Assembly (NCBI GenBank): GCA_900088475.1
Contig: FLMG01003600.1
Location: 1 to 48,986, forward strand
Source of the DNA: Hyphochytrium catenoides
Taxonomy: Eukaryota > Protista > Hyphochytriomycota
Length of the DNA stretch: 48,986 bases
Direction: 5' to 3'
Part shown: positions 37,901 through 48,986 of the stretch, piece by piece
Position numbering within the stretch: the stretch's first letter is position 1
Layout of the letters: the number at the start of each line of letters is the position of its first letter
Translations under genes and position numbers: made by a program
Notes under the pieces: generated by a model
Told to the model about the DNA's origin: nothing
The model's input: only the letters and a program-made list of their open reading frames with translations
Database searches by the model: none

Positions 37901-40900
37901 GGTAAGTTGGAATGAACACTGCTCATCCTCGCTTCCTCTATGTTTCCGACCTTTGACGCGCCATCTTACCTGGTGACCCTACAGGGGGTGCAGTTGCGCA
38001 ATCCTGGCTACTTTCGACGTCGGACGCCACCCAGCGGACCAAATCCCCTGAGCGGATACCAAAGCCCACAAAAGTAAGCGCCTTCTCCCTTCCTACAACG
38101 GCAGTATCTCCGGCCCCAACCAGAGAAGTTACTTCAACGACGTCCTTGACAGTGAGGGACATTGAAGGGAAGAGGACAAAATCCTCTGTACCGAATTGGT
38201 AGCAAAGCAACCATCGGCCACTGTGAAAGCAGATTGAAGACAGCAACGGGACAAAGCGGAGTCCAACGAACGTTTGGAGGTTAAGCACGCCACTCTAATG
38301 GTAGATAAGGATAGCTTACTATCGCCTACTCACCTATATCCTTCAATGAATGTGGCCTCTATGTCCGCTTGGGTATCCCCAGTTATCGAGTACAGGATTA
38401 GAGAACTTTGATTGTCTGCTAGCGAGTATCCGGAGCCCACCATGGCACGGGCACCGTCATCCGAGCAAGAGGGAGACCAGGTAGGAGGCGAAAGCACACG
38501 ATGCATCCGTTGGGATGGGACCCATCGAGCGGCNNNNNNNNNNNNNNNNNNNNNNNNNNNNNNNNNNNNNNNNNNNNNNNNNNNNNNNNNNNCGATCAGT
38601 AGAAAAGGTAGATTTGAGTTGGACAGTCCAGAAAGTAGGGCTCAACAAATCTAAGTTGCAGCGAGATAATCTGTTGGTTAAGAGATGGCCGTGACTCTAA
38701 ACAAAGATGCAGCCAGGAGCGAGTTAAACGGTGACGACGACGTGCCTGAAAAGACTATGGCTTTGGGTATGTTGGACACAACGGATATATCATTTGTGTC
38801 AGGGCCGCTGGTCACGGTAGAGATACCTACGACTCGAAGGGTAATGGGAAAGAGAGCATAGGGCTCGTTTCGGAAGGAATAGCAAAGGGTCAACGTAGAT
38901 CCTATGAGCCCACTCTCTGCTGTCAAGGAGAGTGAGAGAGACTCGGGAAGGGTGAAAGTGCTGATACCGCCAAAAGTGGCCGGAGCGCCCATACAGGAAG
39001 CTCCTGATACCCAACGGACTTTGTCTCCAGGTCTTAGACCCTGGCCTTCCAACCTATGAGACATTATTTAATGATGGAGAGGTTCGGACGCTTGGCAAAC
39101 TCAACTAGACGTTGCTGTTATAGGCATAAAGGATTATAACGCACAAAAAGAGAGCAAGAAAGCGAGCGGACCTGAGCGTCTTCTTTGCTGAGGACACCAG
39201 AATCCCCTGTCCTTGTACCCAGCCTTTCACGCGCTTCACCTCCACGACCTCCATTACCACGGAAGGGAAAGGTACATAGTAGCTTTCAGCATTGGGGCGA
39301 TAGCACAGGGAGAAGTTTCCCGTCTGCCCTGGCCGGAAGGTTATGGTGCATGAAAGGGCCGAAGAGATGGGCAACGAAGAAATACTGCCTCCATTGCCAT
39401 CATCGAGCTCAGCAGCAGGAGCACGATCATCGCAGCTAAGACCGACTGCCACCCATCGAATCTGAAAGCATAGCTGATGAGCCACTAAATTTAGGTGAAG
39501 GGATCAACAGCTCTACCTCGTCAGTGCCAAGGAGGCCGAACCCTGACAGAGTCAAGGTCTCTGGGTTTCCCGCTACCGCGAGCATATTCTGTGTGCCCGG
39601 AGAGGTAGAGGAGGAAGCAACTCCTCCAACAACCACACTTAAACCTGGACGAAGTGACCAGAGGACAGCGATATAGTAAATGTATCATAGAGTCTTCAAG
39701 AAGTAGTGCGTAAGGGAGATCGTGGGCAAGGGCAATGCCAGCAGTTAGAGATGACGGAAAGAAGATCAGAGGGAGACCAAGGAGGGAGTGGCAGCGGCAG
39801 TCTCTCGTCACCATTACCAGGATACAATGTGAAAGGCTCCAGTCCAAAGGCATAACACAAGACCAGGGTTAGGCCCACGCTCTCAGAAGAGAAGACGGTA
39901 TCAGCTTGAAAGGTCAGTGGTGAGTCCTTGTCGTTGAGGAAAACTCTTCTATCACTCTATCCCAAGAGGCAAGGGGATCAGTGGATCGCTGTAACTGAGA
40001 TGGCTAGAAGAGGGAGAAACTTGTCCGAGAATATAACAGCGGAAGGGTTTATAATGTGCCAATAGGAAAATGGACCGCGGAAGATGTGTAGGAAAGCTAA
40101 ACATAGGACAAACTAGATAAAGAGTCTCTCTCTAGCCTCAGATTTCTCTTTAGTAAAGTAAAGGCCAAGATAAATAGCCTCTACATGGCGTCATACCTTC
40201 CATTTGCCTTCTCCATTCTCTAGCGAGACCGGCACTGCAGTGCAGTCGTCGCCAGATGGGACCCACCGGATGGTGTCGCCGATTGATACACCCGGGCCTG
40301 TGAATTTAAACCCGTGCACAATGTGGGGAAATGGAAACGGAAGTACTCCGGTCAAACCTTGGAGCTCGTGGACCTGAACCAGGGGGAAGAGAGTAACGCA
40401 GATACTAAGAAGACAAGTAGCTTCTCTGAAAATGCTGCCAGGTCACATCACCCGCATCGTCAGTTGACCATATAACGCCCATTCCTCTAGCTGGTGCTTG
40501 TAGCACAGAGAAAGCGGAAGAGTTGATGCCACCGTAAAGACGAAAGTACCCAGGGCTTGCCCAGCGGAGCCGCTTGCTAGTGTAACCGGTGGTGTGGAAT
40601 AACTACTGCCATCGGTGCAGTCTGAACCCTGGATGAATACAGCTCTGTCGCCTAGGTAACGCAGAGGGGTGAGCGACGCCTCCAGGGCTAAAGTAGAACA
40701 ACGAACCAAACACTATGCCATCAGGAGTATCCAAAGAATCCAAAAAGATAGCAGCAAAGTAGGGTGCCCAAACCTCTACTGTTACCATCATCTAGTCCGG
40801 TCCCGACAAATGTGAGCTGCTTGGGGACGCCAACTACCGCAACTTGCGCACTCCCGGCTGTAGTGATAACCTCCCTAACATGGACAACCGTAATAGAGAA

Positions 40901-43900
40901 ACCTGGGCCAGAGTAGAGCTTGTACGGAGCGGACCCGTGTTTATAGCACAGCTTGAATGGGAGTCCTGGAGAAGATAATGGTGAACTCAGATGTTGAACA
41001 AAAGTTGGGAATAAAAGCGATAGAGACTAGCAACAAGAGCGTAACATTGGTCTCCAGAGAAGCGGCGAGCTATGACTGGACTTCAACGGGCCTGGAGACG
41101 AAATAGAAGAGCAGTAGCCTTCCGAGGCCCTACCAGGAGGCGAAGGAGCCGTGAAGGTAACGGAGAAATCTCCTGTCGTGACGACTGCGGGCAGAGAGCC
41201 TCCGCCAATAAATCGTGAGTGCTTTTTACTATTGCAGTCGTCGTCGGTCGACGCTTCGCCGTATATAAACTTGGCTAAGGACAGCTATATCAGTTTGCGG
41301 ACTTTGCGGCTAGGCATTGTCCTTGTTTATCCCTGTGTGAAATGTCCTTCTCGCTGGCATCTTCTATCCTTCTTTTCCCGAAGATACCCATTAGCAGACT
41401 TTGAGCTCTCACCTCCTCCCACTCAGCCTGTTCCGCCTGTTCCGCTATTCTTACAACCTCTTCGCTAGTCGCCATGTTTAGATAGACAATCAGAAGGACA
41501 CCTATAGCTCATTTCCCCGTGCAGGTTGTGGAACTAACGCTTTTCCCGAGACTCATTGTCAGGTTCCTCTTATGAGACTGACCTGTGTCGGGGACGTTCC
41601 CAAGACTGATTGATGAGCCAACCACTGTAAATGGCTTCAACACTCCGACGACAGCAATCAGTTCACTGCTTGGAGTTAAGAGTTGATTTACGGCTGCGAA
41701 AGAAGGCCCAAAAACCGCGCGGTTAGTTGCCAGGCACTAGGCTGCCGCTGGCCTTCGTCTTGCTTGCACTCGCAACATCAGCAATGAATACCTTCCCTCT
41801 CTCCATCTATCGCATACCATACCATTGCTCGGTTACCATTGCAGCCCCACGACTTCAGAGGACTTTCTAAAGCTTTCACAGACTTTGCATATGTCTGCCG
41901 GACTTACTTGCAGTGATTGCCGCCACAGAAAGACTCCCTGGACCATCAATGAGGGCCCAGAACGGATCCAGAGTTCGTACATCCGCAACATCCGGTGGTC
42001 CCACCGTGTCAGGATTCCTTACATCGGCGATCTCGAGGATGATGTCAGTGTCAGGAGGTAGATAAGCGGGGATCCCGAGGACCAATGAACGGTTGCCCAC
42101 TATCCAAGTAGCGGTTGATCTCCCAATTGAGACTGGCGATTGCCAGGAAATAGCGGGAAATTCGGGCAAATCCCATCCAGAAGGCACGCTGCTAATAAGA
42201 ACTGTCCCTATACCATAAGATGAAACCATTGCTCTGAGAACAGGCTCTGAAGGGGTGCACGGTGATGGGATGCGACGGAACATGCAAAAAGAAAGACCAA
42301 GCAAAGGAAGCTGAGGCAGACAGAAAGACATGGGATCTATCAAGGCTCTTTCTAAGAGGGAGGTTATTAGTCCGAAATGACTACGCTTGAGTACGGGGGG
42401 AATGGTGCAGAAGTACTCATGCGATATCGAGAACGCCGAAAACCCCAGATTTGGAGAAAAGTAGGTGACTGTCAGTCCTACCCTGTGGAGGAATAGCTCC
42501 AATTGTTCGGAAGCTGATAGTTACAATAGATAGCATGCCAGCCACGGGCCCTGGGGAGTATTCAATTGGCTTCCAGGTGAGCGAACCTGTCAACACTCCA
42601 GCGTCGATGGAGTTGAGCTGCATGGAAGAGCTCTGGTCGATTAGCTCGTTGCCTACATAGGGAACAGTTAGTATAAATGCAATGATCAAGATGGATACAT
42701 TGTGACATGCTAGGAGAGTGAAAGTAGAAAAGTGATGTGATGCCTAGGGTTGCTAACGCTTGCTACCTGTCAAATCATAAGTGGATATCAGTAAACTTGG
42801 ATACAGTGGACGAACGGAAGCTGGCGTGCCCACATGGTACAGAGAGAAAGATAGCACATCTCCCTCCAGAAACTCGCCGTCTGACACATTCAATACCAGC
42901 GCTCCTAAGAGGAGTAGGTCAGGTAATTGACGTCTGCTGTCAGCAGGTAAAAGGTGGAACTCCCGAGTTATTAGATGCTCTCCAAGCGATGAAGGTCTCA
43001 AACGAGCACGTCAGGTCGACATAGCGATTTAAATAGCATGTCGCCACAAAAATGGAGTACAATAAGAGATCTGAGACTACGCTTACCATCTACTTGCGAA
43101 GCAGTGCATGACACAATTCTCCCTCCCGAGAATGAAAATTGGATGACCTAGCATCAGAGCATGCTATTAATAGAGACTGAGGAGTGGTTAACGAGTACCC
43201 GTGGAAGGCTAGCAAACCCACTAGAGAAGATGCGTTCAAAACTCGTAACATCGAGCACAAGCAAGAAGCGAGACAGGGCGTCAAAGTACTCGCTATTCCA
43301 AGCAATTGTTAAAAGACCAGCACAACCTGCTCGGGTATGATCCACCCATCAGGAGGAATCTCAATCTCTATCCTTCCGCCTGCTCTGATGCCCCCTGATA
43401 ACGTCAAGGAGAGGGTCTGGGTAGAGGTCACACCAGGGGACGAGGGCCCTGAATACCAGGAAGCCGCTGTGATTGACCCAGGGGAGAGAGAAGGCAAAGC
43501 AACTTGGCTTGTCCGCTCGGCAATTAGGCCATCAGGAGCCAAAGTGCTTATTGATAGTGACTTTGTGTCTCGGAGAGAGGGAGGAGTCTTTACGTCTGCT
43601 ATCTGTAGTTGGACATTGGAGCTCGCTGGAATGGTTCCAGCCGTTATAGATAGAGACAACTGATGCTGAGAAGGAGACCAAGAAGAAGAAAGGGTGACAC
43701 CAGCGGGCGAAACGATGGTCACGCTCGGGACTAGAGGAAGGGAGAATCCAGCAGGCGGAGCCGAGAAAAGTTCAATCTGGATGGCGCCTCCGACAGCGAC
43801 CTCCACCGAGACGTCAAATGAAAGAGAGAGAACAGTGGCCCTTGCTGGGTGAGGGTGTGCAAGAGATGTCACGGCATTAGCGACCGTTCCTAGAGAAAAT

Positions 43901-45295
43901 AAGAAGGTGATTAAAAAGAAGGTGTAAGGCTCGTAACGGGCACCTATGGCAGGAACTGGTCTTACCCGGCTTAATTGGGTTGAGCCACAAGGTGGAAGGT
44001 CCGTCAATCTGGGATGTAAAAGTGGTCAGAAGCCAGTGTCCCATATTGAAGAGGGTTAGAGCCAGTTGAGGAAAGGAAGGATGGCTGGGAAGCAACACCA
44101 GAAAAGTAAGGGGGAATGACAGCTGAGGTGGCCGGAGTCTCATTTTAATACATGGTTAGCACGCAGATCAGTTACCACTTGGCCCATCGTATCTTCGGTC
44201 CGTATCGTTCCCGCTCCACGACCTCTGGCACTGGGCGGATTTCTCACGCTAGAAAGGGCAAAAGAGACTATGGTATTGCTCGGCATCGACTGTGTCAGCA
44301 ACAAGTCTAGAGCGCCAGTGACACCATCCCTGCCAAAAGATGGTAAATTGGGCCAAGGGGTCAGAACCTTCTAGAGGACGTTGTTAGTCTGCTTTCAACA
44401 TTAGAGTTGACTCCTCCACAGTACCCAGGCGTCAGTTATCCTTATTTTATATGGCACGTACTAACATGATCAATGCTCGTAAGGACTCACCAGGATGCAG
44501 CAGCTGTCACGCCAGGCGGCTCCGTAAAGCTCAAGGTGGCTGGGAGCCCCTGCACATCCCAATCTTCTGGAACGGGAAGCTGAATTCGAATGGCACCTCC
44601 ACTGGCCACTTCCCCGTTGGTGATGAAGCCGATCACCTGCTCTGAGATAACGGAGGGCAAATTGGAAGTCGACTTCCATTCCGCGCTAACAATCTCTCCA
44701 GGAAGAAGGGGCGGGATGGGAAGGGTTGTGGGTCCATCTATCACTGCTCCTCCCATTGTGCTAGTCCATAAGCTTCCCGTCTGAGCTGCCCGGGTGGATG
44801 AGGGCAACCCTACATCCGCAACCTAGTGCGGTGACCAAGGACAACGGGATCCAGGAAGCAAGTGAGACGAGTAGAGGGGGGCAGAAAAAGAAGAAAGAAA
44901 CAGACTGCTTTCTGGCAGAGAAAGTAGGAAAAAGAGTTATGGCGGACCTGAAACTTTACTCGGAAAGGTGCCTTCCTGGCTGTTCCCGCGGCAACATTGA
45001 GAAGCAACTTGTCGGCGGACCATGAAGTTGAAGAAACAATAACGTCGGAAGGATGGACCACCGAAACGGAAGGTGCCAAAGACATAGAGTACATGTTACT
45101 TGGGAGCTGTAGGTGCACTTGGAAGGTGGCGGGGAGTTGCGTGGCGGTGATGAAGGAGAAGGCAATGTCGCTCGTAAGCCCAGGTGAGGGAATGACAACC
45201 TCCCATATTGGGGCTGTCAGTTGCAAGGAGAGGACGTCTTGGAGAGCTGCCCGAAGCAGCATAAATAATAAGAAAGCTTCCCTTGTTGTGAACAT
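31960..45295 (-). CDS. Giant secreted modular protein: signal peptide, 5 type-A beta repeats, 11 'LCY' repeats, SEA-like, Calx-beta, pentraxin/LamG, laminin IV (B) domain
   Basis: ATG at 45295 begins MFTTREAFLLFMLLRAALQDVLS (signal-like). Exons join in frame wherever checked, except across the gap at 38534-38592. Calx-beta: GLFRFSQAAYAVS...VLREQGTEGRVS...LTFEKEETSRFI. Pentraxin/LamG: IADGRWHHLALTWRSTDG...YLDG. Laminin IV: WYFAAP...AYGGYLSF...LWIRGD...LNDVTI. Stop TAG at 31960. Confidence 0.8.
32903..32955. repeat. Intronic (CT)n microsatellite
   Basis: Visible ctctct run. Confidence 0.9.
38534..38592. other. Assembly gap (N run) within the giant gene
   Basis: Run of n; it hides the start of one exon. 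Confidence 1.
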
Positions 45296-45511
45296 TTTTG
45301 AAAGCAGTGGAGGAAGATCAGAAGACCTAGCACTTCTTGCTACCCGCGACAGGCCTACCACTCGGAGGTGCGTAGAGTGCCCCGAACGGCATTGCTCCCT
45401 TTGCACGCTTCGGAGTTGGTGAGGAGTTCGACAAGGCTCCAAAGAAGCTACTAGGGGAGAAACCAACGGAGGCACAGCACAGTGCGCTGAGGCAGGGCGG
45501 ACAAAAGGCGG

Positions 45512-45726
45512 AGCAGCGGTGGATAGCGTGACAGCAGCGGTGGATGGCGTGACAGCAGCGGTGGATGGCGTGACAGCAGCGGTAGATAGCGTGACAGCAG
45601 CGGTGGATAGCGTGACAGCAGCGGTAGATAGCGTGCAGCAGCGGTGGTAGCGTGACAGCAGCGGTGGATAGCGTGACAGCAGCGGTAGATGGCGTGACAG
45701 CAGCGGTGGATGGCGTGACAGCAGCG
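45512..45726. repeat. 21-bp minisatellite, 10 units plus partial (agcagcggtRgatRgcgtgac)
   Basis: Units start at 45512, 45533, 45554, 45575, 45596, 45617 (20 bp), 45637 (20 bp), 45657, 45678 and 45699. There are no unique spacers. Confidence 0.97.
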
Positions 45727-46150
45727 CGGGATGGAAGGGAAATGACCTTTGGAGCTCCACTCTCAATTTGTGTTTCTTGTTTCCTTTCGAAGCCCTCCTC
45801 AACAATGCGGATACTGAATATACGTCCTCTGACAAGCTATATTCCTCAATATTAGGCAGTCGATCAAGAAAAGCGAGGGTTGTGCTTACTACATGTTACA
45901 GTTAGGATACAAAACCCTTCGGCCACGTGAGAGGTTCGTAGACAGGAAAAGCAACGCGAGAAGAAGCTATAAGGGAGATGGACCCGCGGCCTGAGTGAAG
46001 GACATTCTACAGCTGAGGCCAGGTTATTCAGCCTTAGCGCTAGGTCCTCACGCACGTCGAGGTTATTATCAGAGATGACGACTAAAGGAAGCTAGATGAA
46101 GGCTGTCATGATAATGATGATGCACAAGGTCTGCAGCACCAGACTCGGGG

Positions 46151-47923
46151 CTACCCTGCCGGTGGCATGTCGATAGTTATCACTATTTGCTGCTTCTTTC
46201 GCAAGAGCTTGGCCTTTGCGCTTTCCTCGGACACTCGTTGTGGAAAGGTGAGCTGTAGATGGTAGGTGTCAACCACCTCCAAGCGCAGTTTGGACTCAGA
46301 GATTTCAAGGTCCGCATCACGCAAACCTGTTGGTCAAAGAATAGGGTCAGTCTGTTAAGTAGCTACGCCACACATGCCTTTGGCCTTAGGTGAGCGGTCC
46401 TACTTTGTAACTTGGGAACTTCGATAGTAATAAGTAACTGGCTGGAGCTCGTGGTAGCATTCTTGACTTCCATTCGAAAGCGGGGCTCCTGTCTAGAGTC
46501 AGAGCACTTCTCTGGAAAACGCCTTATGAGAGTTATAGTCTCACCTCTAAATGCCCCTTCGAAGGAGATACCTCTTCTATTAGGGGCTTGGCATCCCTCT
46601 TTGGGCCTGCATTGGGTCGTGAACGTTAATATATGAGATCATAAAGGATTAAACCATAATCCCTTACCAGGACCAAGAGTCTTCAACTCTGTTACCTCTG
46701 CAGGACCTTCACTGGACTCCATCGTCAGGCCCTTGAGAAGAGAAGCGGGCGACTTCAGAATCTCCTCTGATGTTTCGTGCCTTTTATCTTGGGGATGTTC
46801 TCCCACTCCCTCCTTCGTGTTTGTACTGTCTGTGCTCAAAGTAGCCCGCTGCGAAGGCTTGCTTGTCTGAACAGTATGCTCAACGCATTCAATCTGTCCG
46901 TTCACAACCCTACCGCCCACATAGGGAATATCAAGCTCTGATTCCCCCTGAAATGGCACGAACAGGAAAGTTCAGCGCGAGGATAGAGAAAGCATACACC
47001 AAGGACAGCGGAAGCTTACCGTTCTTTGGAGACAGAGCCCGGTCTCATTCTTGATCCACTCTAGCGCCAAGTCCAGAACTTGCACCTTGAAAACTCTGTT
47101 GACAGGTTCCATAATCCTCCGCAATACCCAGGGATGGACAACCACGTCGATAGCATATTTCACCCCCAATTTAGCTACGTTGGAGATGCATAAGGACACT
47201 TCCGCTAGTGACCGTAGCCCTGCCACTAACCATCTTACCTGGTCCCTCTAGTCTTCTAACCGTGCCGACACTGAGCGGGATTTGCAAGCCTACAGAAGTA
47301 GATCTACTTAGCGGCACGGAGGTCCAACATACTTCTAGCCGGTGAGCTACCTGAAGTCGCATCGTTCTCATTCTTGACCGGCTGATTGAAGCTATCCAAG
47401 GGCGCACCTACCTGGGAGCAGACTTAGGGCAGGCATTTCATACAGCCAGCAGAATAAAGAAGTCAGACTTACCGCCTCGTGCTGACAGATGTTGACAGCT
47501 ATAACGGTGCCGGGGCCACAGTCGAGTAGCACATCTTCTGGAGTTGTTGTAGGTAGAGAACTGCCTGTGTTCCGCCGCAAGATGGGGCAGGCAAGCGAGA
47601 TGCCGGGAGAGGGTTTTATAGAAGGCACTGCTGCCTTCGCCTCGCTAAGCTGCTTTGTAATAAAATTTTTATATCCCTGCAACCGGGCAAGGACAAAAGA
47701 GTCTCAGAAAGAGCTGCATGGGGTTAAGCTTAAGCTTATGTTTGCTAATACGGAAGTTAGTGATAAATACCTCAGGGTCATCAGTTGCTAGGTCGTCCAG
47801 CATGGCCCATAGCTGCTGCGCCTGGTCTCCGAACTGCGACAGGTCCAAGTCCCCGCCATTTGCCCCCAATCCCGGAATCACTTTAGGCACATTCAGATTA
47901 AATCCCCGCCCGCCCGATGCCAT
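46151..47923 (-). CDS. PIH1D2: PIH1 domain-containing protein 2 (PIH + CS domain co-chaperone, axonemal dynein assembly family)
   Basis: Diagnostic N-terminal QLWAMLDDLATDDPE|GYKNFITKQLSEAK. PIH motifs IAVNICQH, IPLSVG, YAIDVVVHPWV and LDLALEWI. CS-like end LITIEVPKL...DADLEISESKLRL...AKAKLLRKKQQIVITI. Stop TAG at 46151-46153. Confidence 0.85.
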
Positions 47924-48986
47924 CGCATCGGCCTCTCTTGCAGGAGTATGCTGTTCACCTTATATCGTCTGGGATCGTCTGGGATAAGTCAGTCTAGGAG
48001 CTCGGGGAGGTTGCCTTCAAGACCTTAAGAGTGCGAGGATGGCGGTAAGAAGCCAGCAATGCATTGACTTGCGATCACCTACGTCAGCACCTCCATCAGA
48101 GCTGCGGCAGGAAAGAGCAGCGAGGCCATCCAAAGTAGAGCGTAAGCATCACGCGATGCCGGATGATGAGGACTGAGGACTGATGAAGACTTGCCAAGGG
48201 TTGCGCCTGTGCTGTTGATTGAGTACCGCTAACGGCGGTTGGCCGAACATATGAAGATGCTTGTCTGTTGATGTGACAGATCTTCATTTCTTCGCCGCAG
48301 TCTTTCTTTTGCTACTCAGACACACTCAGACAGGGAGTAGGGAAGTGGGTGAAGAGAGAGAGAGGCCTTGTATGTGATCAGGCAGGAGAGCTGGGTAGCT
48401 TGAGCTTAAGAAAGGTTGGAGCAGCTGTTCCAGTTCGAGCTTGGAAGCAGTGGTGGACTTGCTGGGATCTCTGAGACTTAGGGTCAGCGGAAAAACTTCT
48501 GCGTAATCTAATAGTAAGTGGTGGTGGCAAGCTACTAATGAGCAATGGATGACGCTGGGCCTGACTGGGCGCCACTGCCTCAACGGGCCCGACGGCTCCG
48601 GCGTGATGATGGTAAACATTTGTCCACAGTGAACACGACCGAGACTATGGCCGGCATCGGTAGGTGTTGACGAGGCCTGCGACATGGAGTAGAGGGCAGC
48701 TGTCAGACCTAATAGTGCAACAATTAGGGCTGACTAATGAGTGCACCGCCAACATAGCTGCAGAGGAGGAAGGCAAGGACGAGACAGCGAAAGGGTAGGT
48801 CCGATGTCAAATGTAGCGACAATGCTTCTTAAATGCATAAATAGCCTTGGACTAAGTAAATTCTGCCCTTTCTCAAGCTTCGAGGCACTTTCTCTAGAAG
48901 ATGCTGTGACCTATGAATGTACGTGGCGGCGCAGCAGCTACTTTTCTGGCTCCTCAAGCCCACCATGTCTATTGCGTAAGGCTCTA

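Noticed and set aside
45512-45726. CRISPR-like array
   Set aside because: The repeats are directly head-to-tail with no unique spacers, no cas genes are present, and the context is eukaryotic.
44810-45835. 341-aa ORF starting at 45835 as the true N-terminus of the giant protein
   Set aside because: It begins at a non-ATG codon and runs through the minisatellite with frame changes. The ATG at 45295 gives a proper signal peptide.
47725-47738. 14-bp perfect palindrome taagcttaagctta in PIH1D2 intron 1
   Set aside because: It is a low-complexity hexamer duplication, compatible with chance.
2952-47770. Introner-type repeated introns
   Set aside because: Introns show no evident mutual sequence similarity or shared terminal repeats.
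2735-47923. Alternative genetic code or stop-codon reassignment as the cause of fragmented ORFs
   Set aside because: All recognised genes assemble without internal stops using spliceosomal introns, and TAA, TAG and TGA each serve as terminal stops.

Overview
This is an intron-rich, gene-dense eukaryotic nuclear region of about 50% GC, with three N gaps and several (CT)n/(GA)n microsatellites. A flagellated stramenopile-like protist is my inference from protein style and PIH1D2. I spliced the genes by hand; they use the standard code and mostly GT-AG introns. In order: (+) class-V PLP enzyme of the Egt2/L-cysteine desulfhydrase/isopenicillin-N-epimerase type; (-) asparaginase-ankyrin protein ASPG; (+) Peter Pan/Ssf1 Brix protein; (-) eIF5B; (+) small EF-hand-like protein; (+) multi-pass membrane protein with a DPDMP motif; (-) uncharacterised protein ending in a PDZ domain; (-) two-pore channel; (-) a ~13.3-kb gene for a giant secreted modular protein; (-) PIH1D2. 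Two observations stand out. The giant protein has 5 + 11 tandem beta-rich repeats followed by SEA-like, Calx-beta, pentraxin/LamG and laminin-IV modules. The two-pore channel departs strongly from the TPC consensus in both selectivity-filter loops and the domain-II voltage sensor. I recognised no tRNA, rRNA, CRISPR array or intact mobile element. The first ~2.7 kb and last ~1 kb remain unexplained.
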